Made by a program: the position numbers and the translations under genes. From an uncultured virus (IMG/VR IMGVR_UViG_3300028854_000017) (Duplodnaviria; Heunggongvirae; Uroviricota; Caudoviricetes), in IMG/VR virus record IMGVR_UViG_3300028854_000017: DNA of 64,000 bases; one strand, written 5' to 3'. This document shows, in pieces, positions 36,459 to 44,063 of this stretch (its first letter is position 1; every line of letters starts with the position of its first letter). The notes beneath the pieces were generated by a model, which ran no database searches, was not told the origin of the DNA, and saw nothing but the letters and a program-made list of their open reading frames with translations.

Positions 36459-37695
36459 TCTGAATACCTTTAGCTATTCTTTGCTCTCTGGCTTCATCAT
36501 ATCCAATATCAAACCCAACCCCGTTACGTTCAAGCTTTTCAGCCATAATCGCTGTAGTTCCAGAACCTGAGAAAATATCAAGTACAGTGCCGCCTACAGG
36601 AACAGTAGCCAGAATCATTCGCTTAACCAACTTCGTAGGCCACATGGCACAATGTTTGATCTTGGATGATTCAGTGTTAACCATCCAAACATCGCCGGGG
36701 TTCTCGAAGAAGTTTTCCAAATCAGTACGGAATTGCAGGCCACAATCAGGACATTCGGTTTCTAAATCCAACAAGACTTCGTCTGGCGACTTTCTTTGAG
36801 AATTCTCCGTCGTGGAATTAGACATAAACACATCTGCTGGATTTTTTCCTAATGGGTGATTGGTTGCTAGACCTTTACGAAGCCTTCCCAACACTCTAGC
36901 TGCAGCGTGACGAGAATATCCATCACGCTCGGCCTGCAATTCATCTTCTAAAGTGAACTTTCCTTCATCGACAAAGACATCATTTGGATTCTTCCCACCA
37001 TCATGATATCTATTCTCCAGTGTTTCACCTGTAACAGCAAAACCACCACGAGCACCAATGTTTTTATCAGTTTCACCTTGTAATTTCGAATTCTTGTATC
37101 CAGTTTTATACTCGTTTGTTTCCTTATCAAGTTCAGCTGATTCTTCGAACAGCGAACCAACTTCCTTAGCTACTTCGATCTTCAACCCATTAATCTTGTT
37201 AACCAAGTTAGGATTGCTCATGTTTTTGGTTATATTGATGGTTTGGTGTGCAACCCTAATTGCATCAAGGTTGTAGTAGTATTTCTGATTCAACACGAAA
37301 TGAAAAATATATTCGTGTGATGTGTTCAAACGGTCTTTAACAGAACTAGGTGTTGGGTTTGGTTTATGCCACACAATGGTGTTTCTAAGAATCCACCCAT
37401 CGGAAATCAAAGCGATAGCAACCCTATGAGGGACTAGAGATAGACACTTATCAAAGTAGCTATCACCAAGATTAAGCATGAAGCTGCCTTCTGGCTTAAG
37501 CACTCCCTTAATGTTCTTGGCGACAGCGACGATGTGCTCGATATATTCACCGAGAGTTTTTTCCATCCCAATCATATCAGGATCACCTTGATATGTTCTC
37601 AAATTAAAATATGGGGGAGATGTAATAACAGCGTCGATACTATCTTTTTCAAGCGGAAATGGGTGTAGTGAATTGTGTTTAATGAACTTTAGCAT
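36439..37695 (-). CDS. beta-class N4-C/N6-A DNA methyltransferase
   Basis: TSPPY, WHKPN..PSSVKDR, DIFSGSGTT. Confidence 0.9.
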   Translation of the reverse strand: MLKFIKHNSLHPFPLEKDSIDAVITSPPYFNLRTYQGDPDMIGMEKTLGEYIEHIVAVAKNIKGVLKPEGSFMLNLGDSYFDKCLSLVPHRVAIALISDGWILRNTIVWHKPNPTPSSVKDRLNTSHEYIFHFVLNQKYYYNLDAIRVAHQTINITKNMSNPNLVNKINGLKIEVAKEVGSLFEESAELDKETNEYKTGYKNSKLQGETDKNIGARGGFAVTGETLENRYHDGGKNPNDVFVDEGKFTLEDELQAERDGYSRHAAARVLGRLRKGLATNHPLGKNPADVFMSNSTTENSQRKSPDEVLLDLETECPDCGLQFRTDLENFFENPGDVWMVNTESSKIKHCAMWPTKLVKRMILATVPVGGTVLDIFSGSGTTAIMAEKLERNGVGFDIGYDEAREQRIAKGIQNELIIE

Positions 37696-37715
37696 CTATC
37701 TTCCTTTATGAATGT

Positions 37716-37726
37716 ATTATACCCGG
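37716..37726 (-). promoter_or_regulatory. CCGGGTATAAT promoter motif
   Basis: Exact motif in a 32-nt gap. Confidence 0.85.
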
Positions 37727-37727
37727 A

Positions 37728-37994
37728 TTACGAAATACGATAGTTCCTTGCAGCATCCCAAACCATCAAAGAAAAATTTGCTACGTCGGTAGCTTCATCC
37801 ATGACCTCAGTATTGTCTGCTGTTTCGTCATGAACAGCATCGTAAAGCTCTTCCTCTTCCTCTTCCAAACGAACTAGCAAATCAGCAGCGGTATCATTCT
37901 GCCACTCTGGTTTATGATCGTTTTTACGTAACTTAGCTTCCATCGCAAGTGCAAATTCAGCTACAACAGGTCTAACATCAATATCCATCACCAC
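37728..37994 (-). CDS. MazG-like NTP pyrophosphohydrolase fold protein
   Basis: RLEEEEEEL...DEATDVANFSLM (ExxE...ExxD). Confidence 0.6.
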   Translation of the reverse strand: MVMDIDVRPVVAEFALAMEAKLRKNDHKPEWQNDTAADLLVRLEEEEEELYDAVHDETADNTEVMDEATDVANFSLMVWDAARNYRIS

Positions 37995-37996
37995 TC

Positions 37997-38407
37997 CTAT
38001 AGATTCAAATTTACAATCGTCTTAACACACATAGCTGCAATCTGCACAAGTTCTTCATGTATGTTCTTACTCCATGCCGCAACTTCATCCGGCGTCATTT
38101 TCTTTGGGTTCAATTTGACCGCATCCCAAAACTCGTCAAATTCTTCTTCAATTACTGCTTTAGCTTCATGAAGAGACTTCATAGAGCCGTGGAGAGTGGT
38201 TGCTCTAATTGCTTCTGCATCAATCTCGTCTAGAACCTTGGAAATTTCGTACTTGGTTCCGAATGAAAGCGGTTTTATAAATGATTTATCACTCTCACCA
38301 GCCTTCAAATTATCAATCATTTCATCAACGATGCGGTTTCCTATAGCTGTTGTTGCAGATACTTCATCATTATATTTTTGAGTATTGTCGGCGTCGTTTA
38401 TGTACAT
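37997..38407 (-). CDS. MazG-like NTP pyrophosphohydrolase fold protein
   Basis: SLHEAKAVIEEEFDEFWDAVK...EELVQIAAM; start revised to MYIND. Confidence 0.65.
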   Translation of the reverse strand: MYINDADNTQKYNDEVSATTAIGNRIVDEMIDNLKAGESDKSFIKPLSFGTKYEISKVLDEIDAEAIRATTLHGSMKSLHEAKAVIEEEFDEFWDAVKLNPKKMTPDEVAAWSKNIHEELVQIAAMCVKTIVNLNL

Positions 38408-38408
38408 A

Positions 38409-39503
38409 TTAAATATCCTTTTTCTGTTGGGCTTCCTTGAAAACCTCAACCAGCATGTTTTTTAAGCGTTTCTTGTCTAAGGTGGTTTCTGTATCGGCAT
38501 CAACCAACTTCATACCCATTTCTTCATAACTCATACCAAGGTCTAAACCCAACCTGTTCTCAGCCGCTTTAACCTTCGGCTTGAGTATGGCTTGTCTTCC
38601 ACGAACTCCAATAGCGTCCAACTTCGCTTCAACTTCCAGTTTTTCATCCTGAGTGTGAACGTCTACGCGAACGAAATTACCCTTAGCTTTAGAACCATCC
38701 CCGATTTCTGCTGGCGATTCAAACTGCACGAACTTTGGGGCTTTTGTGGGCACTACAATAATCTTTCCAGTATCCAAATCCACATCTAAGAATCGGGTCT
38801 TATAGCTTGCTTCACCAAAGTTGTGTTGTATTGGAGTACCTACAAAATGAACTCTATCAGTCACACTTGTTGGCATGTGGTAGTGACCTAGCAATACGTG
38901 GCTAACCTCGGTCAAAATGCTGTCCAAATCTGATAATTTCACTTGTCCTTCAGACTCGTAGCCTTGATACTTAACGATAGTTCTGTACCCGTCGCTGACA
39001 TCGAATAATCCATAGTGAATGACGGCAATAGCCTTCTTTATAGTGCTTGGCATTTGGACTTGAAGCCCCGCCAACACTTCTTCTAGCCTATTCATGTACG
39101 GAACTGCCAAAAAGCCACAACCTTCCCCTAAATCAACCCACTGAGGGGTAGCAATCACATGTACATTAGGGATGTGCTCGAACAAATCTAGCGAGCTGTG
39201 AGTTCCGTGTTTAGCGATCTGATCATGATTACCGACCACGAAATGTTGAATAATTCCTGCATTGGATACTTTATTAATCCAGTCAGAGGCGGTTTTTATC
39301 GTGATAAAATCACCACGCTGTCTTTGATCTAAAAAATCTCCCACGAACAGAATCCTACCAATTTTATTCTTAACGGCGTAATCACTGATTTGATTAAGAA
39401 CATCAATCTGATCTTGGAGTCTGGAACTAATGCCATTAGCGCCATTTTCAGAAAATAATTTGTAATCGTGATACTGAGCGTCACTAAAAACAACCATTCT
39501 CAT
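38409..39503 (-). CDS. SbcD/gp47-like (Mre11) nuclease
   Basis: FSD, VGDFLD, GNHD, LGHYH, GTP.QHNFGE. Confidence 0.88.
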   Translation of the reverse strand: MRMVVFSDAQYHDYKLFSENGANGISSRLQDQIDVLNQISDYAVKNKIGRILFVGDFLDQRQRGDFITIKTASDWINKVSNAGIIQHFVVGNHDQIAKHGTHSSLDLFEHIPNVHVIATPQWVDLGEGCGFLAVPYMNRLEEVLAGLQVQMPSTIKKAIAVIHYGLFDVSDGYRTIVKYQGYESEGQVKLSDLDSILTEVSHVLLGHYHMPTSVTDRVHFVGTPIQHNFGEASYKTRFLDVDLDTGKIIVVPTKAPKFVQFESPAEIGDGSKAKGNFVRVDVHTQDEKLEVEAKLDAIGVRGRQAILKPKVKAAENRLGLDLGMSYEEMGMKLVDADTETTLDKKRLKNMLVEVFKEAQQKKDI

Positions 39504-39529
39504 ATACAACACCTGTTTAACTTCTTTTA

Positions 39530-39540
39530 ATTATACCCGG
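39530..39540 (-). promoter_or_regulatory. CCGGGTATAAT promoter motif
   Basis: Exact motif; would restart minus-strand transcription after the inverted endonuclease. Confidence 0.85.
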
Positions 39541-39604
39541 TTCCGCACAATTTCATTGTTATGTTCATGCATTTGTGTGAGGTTAAATATACAGAGAAAA
39601 TTAT

Positions 39605-40396
39605 ATGCATCCAAGAAAATATAGCGAAGACGTAGTAGACCAAATAAAACAAATGTACAAAGACGGAAAATCATCAATCAAAATAGGAGATGAACTTGGG
39701 ATATCGAAGGTAACTATAATTTACATCTTAAAAAGAGAAAATGTTGATCGAAGAACTCATCAAGAACTTAATTTGAAATTCAAATGTAATGAGCATTTCT
39801 TCGACAGCATAGACTCTGAAAGTAAAGCTTATTGGCTTGGTTTCATCTCGGCAGATGGGTATATCCGTCCAGCTCCAAAAAGAATACTCGGAATAACATT
39901 GTCTGATAAAGACGAACACCATATTCAGCTGTTGAAGAATGCGTTGGGGAGTGACCACACTATAACCAAATATGGAGGAACTGCTCGATTACACATCTAT
40001 TCCGATTTCTTAACTTCAGCTCTTGCCGTACATGGGGTTATTCAAAACAAAACATTTACAATGGAATTTCCATCCATTCCACAACATATAATCAGACATT
40101 TCATCCGCGGATATTTCGATGGAGATGGATGCTTCACAGCTAATAAGTCAAATCACGACAATATTTCTTTTTCCATAACTTCAAATACAAAAATAATCAC
40201 GAGCATACAAGAAATCTTGATGAAGGAGTGTCTTTTAGATAAAACAAAATTCAGCATACGTCATAAAGATAGTCCAAACATAGGAGCTGTAACCTATGGC
40301 GGACACAAACAAATTGCTCGTATCGCTCACTATCTTTACGATGATGCCACGGTTTATTTAGAGCGTAAATACAACAAAGTTAAGCATTTACTATAG
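39605..40396 (+). CDS. free-standing LAGLIDADG homing endonuclease with N-terminal HTH
   Basis: AYWLGFISADG and HFIRGYFDGDG motifs; YLERK C-terminus. Confidence 0.9.
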   Translation: MHPRKYSEDVVDQIKQMYKDGKSSIKIGDELGISKVTIIYILKRENVDRRTHQELNLKFKCNEHFFDSIDSESKAYWLGFISADGYIRPAPKRILGITLSDKDEHHIQLLKNALGSDHTITKYGGTARLHIYSDFLTSALAVHGVIQNKTFTMEFPSIPQHIIRHFIRGYFDGDGCFTANKSNHDNISFSITSNTKIITSIQEILMKECLLDKTKFSIRHKDSPNIGAVTYGGHKQIARIAHYLYDDATVYLERKYNKVKHLL

Positions 40397-40405
40397 ATAA
40401 ACAGC

Positions 40406-40446
40406 GTGGTATGTCAGATAATTGCTACATTTATCTGACATACCAC
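40406..40446. terminator. 16-bp perfect inverted repeat between convergent genes
   Basis: GTGGTATGTCAGATAA-N9-TTATCTGACATACCAC. Confidence 0.7.
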
Positions 40447-40451
40447 AACCA

Positions 40452-41711
40452 TTACGCTTTCTTTGTTTTTGGTTCTAGTGCAGGCATCGGTGTTCCATTA
40501 ACCAAATAATCCAATAACCCCGGAGTATCTTCAATTTTGTATTGGATGTCCCTAGCGTAGAACTGCTTGAATCCTTCTATCTGGCGATAATAAGTACCCT
40601 CACAAGTAGGGCATGTCTTACCGTCCGGTCCTTTTCCAGAAGGAATCATAGCTGGTTCAGCACCCTTTTCTACCAATTCAGTATTTTCGTTAGGTACAAG
40701 GCAATCAGAACATGGTTCAATAATTTGGTTCCACGACCCATTAAGTCTTGCACGAAGGTTACGCTTTCCAATTTCCAACGCTTCCCAATTTACATCACAT
40801 CCAGATTTATACTTATCATCGCCGAACATGATATGAAGAATACGTTCTTCAAAAGGCTTCCAAAGGCGATTCTTGGTAATCTCTATGGTTGATGCGATGC
40901 CTATTTCAGTATCATCTTCTTCAACCTTCCCAGATTGATAAATAGTCATCATCAAGTGAGAATGGAAATCAAGAGCGTTCTTACCAATGTAAGTATCCTT
41001 GTCATACATTGCATTGATATTGACTTTTACTTGATTAATGATGAAGAACAAGATATTAGTCTTCCCCAAGCGTTTGGCAATCTTACGGAACCATTGAGAT
41101 AGCAGTTTAGAGTGTTCACCATAATGACCACCCTCACCCTTATCACCTTCCAGTTCCTTTTGAGTTGGTGATGCGGCTACAGAATCCCACACAACAACAG
41201 TGGGACGCTTCGTCTGTTCAGCAATCTCAATGATGCTTTCCAGCTTTTCAAATACCTGTTCAAGATAATCAGGTTGACCAATCATCATGCGATTGGGGTC
41301 TACGCCGATAGCTACAGCTCTATCTTGGTCAAATGCAATTTCAGCATCCAACCAAAACGTATCTGCATCGACTTTAGTCGACGTTTCAACATCTAGAACA
41401 CCCTTTTGAGCCTCGGCTACAATCTGTTGAGCGATAGTAGTCTTGCCGCTGCTCTTCTTGCCTGTAATTGTAACGATTTTTCCGAAAGGAACACCCCATC
41501 CGGCTTTGGTTATGGCATTGTTTAGTTCGAAAGAACCAGTAGAAACCCAATATCTAGGCTTAGAGTTGTCGTCTAGGTTAAGAACTTGCAGGGAATTAAC
41601 GCCATAGGCTTTGTTGAATACCTTGACGATATCCCCTGCATCGGTCTTACCCTTTTCAAGAACCATCGCCGGAATCTTAGCGACTGGCTTTTTTGCTTTA
41701 GGGAGTGCCAT
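40452..41711 (-). CDS. recA: RecA/UvsX-like recombinase
   Basis: STGS..LN.A....GVP.G, GKKSSGKTT, LDAE, VWDSVA, INQ, KNR. Confidence 0.9.
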   Translation of the reverse strand: MALPKAKKPVAKIPAMVLEKGKTDAGDIVKVFNKAYGVNSLQVLNLDDNSKPRYWVSTGSFELNNAITKAGWGVPFGKIVTITGKKSSGKTTIAQQIVAEAQKGVLDVETSTKVDADTFWLDAEIAFDQDRAVAIGVDPNRMMIGQPDYLEQVFEKLESIIEIAEQTKRPTVVVWDSVAASPTQKELEGDKGEGGHYGEHSKLLSQWFRKIAKRLGKTNILFFIINQVKVNINAMYDKDTYIGKNALDFHSHLMMTIYQSGKVEEDDTEIGIASTIEITKNRLWKPFEERILHIMFGDDKYKSGCDVNWEALEIGKRNLRARLNGSWNQIIEPCSDCLVPNENTELVEKGAEPAMIPSGKGPDGKTCPTCEGTYYRQIEGFKQFYARDIQYKIEDTPGLLDYLVNGTPMPALEPKTKKA

Positions 41712-41713
41712 AG

Positions 41714-42964
41714 TTATTTACTTCCAAGTGCTGCCATCATCTGCGCAGCTAGGTCGCCTTCGTCAGCCACTGGTGTGGCAGCCGGAGGATTGTTCTTTGC
41801 AACACGAGCAGCTTTTAAAACAGCCACTTCACAATCATCAACCAATGGACACTTCAGGCAAATCTTGGCATCGCCATCAAAAGCAATCCCAAAACAAGGC
41901 TTAGTTCCGTTAACTAAATCAGCCACTGGAACAACCTTAACTGGTGGCTGTGTTCCAACTATAGCTGATGTAGTTGCTACCGATGCGAAAGCTGGTTTAG
42001 GTGAGCCAACATTAACCGCTGCCTGAACTGGAGAACTAACCGATGCATTTGTTGGAGCTGTATTTACAGTCGTGTGGGTGGTCGTAGGTGGAGCTGTATT
42101 TACAGTCGTGTGGGTGGTCGTAGGTGGAGCTGTCTGAGGTGGGGCCGAGCTATCATCCGTGTTTACACCTGGGAAGAATTCTGAATTCTCAGAACCATCC
42201 GTTAGTTGGCGATATCCAGTACCATGCACAAGCTCTTTTCCAGCTGTTTCATCTCCAGTAACCACCCTCTGTAAACAAGCCTGAGTGAACTCGAGCGTTG
42301 GAATTCCCATAATGGAATCCAAATCCCAAATCTTCTCCATGATTGCTTCATCGATAGGTGCAACTTGCAACGAAGCCGTGATTGTGAAGTCACGTTTGTT
42401 CTTGTTTGATGTACCTGGAACTTTCGCACCCTCCACAATAGTGCTCTTAATAGATACATTACGTCCCCTAAATGGATGCGTAAAATCAGAATATCCTGCA
42501 ATCGAAAGCCAATCAAAAAGCTGCTTATAAACTGCATAAGGGATGTTGAGTACACCAACAGTCTTCTCAGGGTCATCAACATTGAATGCATTGACGTAGT
42601 AGTTGCTAGTGGAGCGTAGGGTTTTTGCAAGAGCTGAATCAACCGGGTCTTTCGACTTATTGAGCTTGTAACTCTCGTCACACAATGCACACGGAAACTT
42701 CACGTCAGAGCCTTCCTCCTCGAAGAAAGACTTAGGGCATGTAACAGCGCCTTTATATCCCGGAACATTCCAATGTTTCATAATCTTGCGGAAGAAAGTA
42801 CGACGTTTAGTCCAAGGTAAAATGCGCCACGTAGAAGTTGTTTCGCCATCTGGAATGTTGTGATAAGTGACTTTTAGCCCACCCTTCTTTGCAGCGTCTT
42901 TCTGAATCTGATCTGTATCTAACGCATACGGATCATTCGGATCGAATTGATAAGTGTCAGTCAT
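41714..42964 (-). CDS. gp32-like single-stranded DNA-binding protein
   Basis: WRILP...HW....CP...CALC...YYVN; low-complexity linker; C-terminal CFG...CLKC....C. Confidence 0.75.
   Translation of the reverse strand: MTDTYQFDPNDPYALDTDQIQKDAAKKGGLKVTYHNIPDGETTSTWRILPWTKRRTFFRKIMKHWNVPGYKGAVTCPKSFFEEEGSDVKFPCALCDESYKLNKSKDPVDSALAKTLRSTSNYYVNAFNVDDPEKTVGVLNIPYAVYKQLFDWLSIAGYSDFTHPFRGRNVSIKSTIVEGAKVPGTSNKNKRDFTITASLQVAPIDEAIMEKIWDLDSIMGIPTLEFTQACLQRVVTGDETAGKELVHGTGYRQLTDGSENSEFFPGVNTDDSSAPPQTAPPTTTHTTVNTAPPTTTHTTVNTAPTNASVSSPVQAAVNVGSPKPAFASVATTSAIVGTQPPVKVVPVADLVNGTKPCFGIAFDGDAKICLKCPLVDDCEVAVLKAARVAKNNPPAATPVADEGDLAAQMMAALGSK
42053..42133 (-). repeat. 36-bp tandem duplication in the SSB linker
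   Basis: TAPPTTTHTTVN x2 plus a partial copy. Confidence 0.92.
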
Positions 42965-42970
42965 AGTAAT

Positions 42971-43450
42971 TTATTCCTCGTCGTGAGTATTTGGTGTCAG
43001 TCGCATCATTTCTTGACGTTTCGTAGCACCCAAATTAAATAACATCTGGGAACGTTGCTTAAAAGCGTCTTTCCACACATCCAGTTTACCAACGATGGCT
43101 TGCATTTGTAGCACAGAGCTACTAATTTCCTGCCATTTAGGTTCACGCTTTAGTGCAGCTTCAATCTTGGCTTCAGACATACGTTCACTTTGTCCAAGAT
43201 TTTCAGAGACCTTCTGTCGAATGTCGAGTTCGATTTCAGCCTCGTAAGACGATAAAGCACGTTTGCGCGATTCAAGCTCTATGTAACAATCAGAATGAAT
43301 TCCGCCATAAAACGCAAATTTCGATGCTTGTTCGCAAAACTCTGTGTTAAGTGCTCCCTCTTCAATATAGAGGTCAGTGGCAGGGTCAAGAAATTCTTCC
43401 TTGCCGTTTAGCATGATGGTTAAACTACCTAAATCACGGTCAAAAGCCAT
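42971..43450 (-). CDS. UvsY-like recombination mediator
   Basis: DL.I....L..E..EQ...FA.Y; SEAKIEA; AF.QR..ML; adjacent to SSB and RecA; start revised to MAFDR. Confidence 0.7.
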   Translation of the reverse strand: MAFDRDLGSLTIMLNGKEEFLDPATDLYIEEGALNTEFCEQASKFAFYGGIHSDCYIELESRKRALSSYEAEIELDIRQKVSENLGQSERMSEAKIEAALKREPKWQEISSSVLQMQAIVGKLDVWKDAFKQRSQMLFNLGATKRQEMMRLTPNTHDEE

Positions 43451-43454
43451 GTGA

Positions 43455-44063
43455 TTACTCCGTTGGTGAATTATACCCGGCTTGCAAAGAGTCTGTACTG
43501 AGAAGAACCCCACCACAATAAACACTACAAGCGTTCTCGATTTTATTTACCCTTACAACTTCCATGCCCGGTTGAACATTTAATTTGTCAGATGATGACG
43601 TAATATATGCCCACTTCTCTTCCAACGCTGCATATACACTTTGTTGATTAAGTGGTTTAAAAATGAACAATTCTGCATTTTTAGCAGCGCTTAAACATTT
43701 TTCGCCGCATGTAGATATGATAGGTCTTGATGGAAGATAAAGTTTCTGACAAACAAGGCAGTGAATGAAATACGCCTTTACCAAATTGCCGTGCTTCAAT
43801 TCTTCAGGGTGTCTCCAACCGTCCGGCGTTTTTAATAATGCATCGCTAGTTAAATATATCTTTATACTGCTGTTTCTAATCCTATCAGGAGTTGGAACAG
43901 CATCAACTCTGATCATCCATTGTTCACCCTTTAAAGCTTCGTCTCGTCTAATTTCCATTTTGTGGAATTCTAAACCCTCTGTCAAAACATCTCGACCTTG
44001 CAATGTAATAATCGTCCCAACACCATCTCTCGTAACGATTGGGCATAGGCCATCAGTCACCAT
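43455..44063 (-). CDS. stand-alone degenerate Hint/intein-like domain with Zn-finger insert
   Basis: GGAGG SD and ATG 44063; PIVTRDG...I..L.G..VLT, IYLTSDALLKTPDGW....ELK.G..V; CLVC...C..KC. Confidence 0.6.
   Translation of the reverse strand: MVTDGLCPIVTRDGVGTIITLQGRDVLTEGLEFHKMEIRRDEALKGEQWMIRVDAVPTPDRIRNSSIKIYLTSDALLKTPDGWRHPEELKHGNLVKAYFIHCLVCQKLYLPSRPIISTCGEKCLSAAKNAELFIFKPLNQQSVYAALEEKWAYITSSSDKLNVQPGMEVVRVNKIENACSVYCGGVLLSTDSLQAGYNSPTE
43470..43480 (-). promoter_or_regulatory. CCGGGTATAAT promoter motif
   Basis: Exact motif inside the 3' end of the upstream gene, 19 nt before ATG 43450. Confidence 0.8.

Noticed and set aside
39605..40396. Group I intron housing the LAGLIDADG gene
   Set aside because: Flanking recA and sbcD are intact, the gene is antisense to them, and there is no room for intron core structure.
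7060..42133. Tandem repeats as CRISPR arrays
   Set aside because: The 18-, 66- and 36-bp units are in-frame coding duplications with no spacers, and no cas genes are present.
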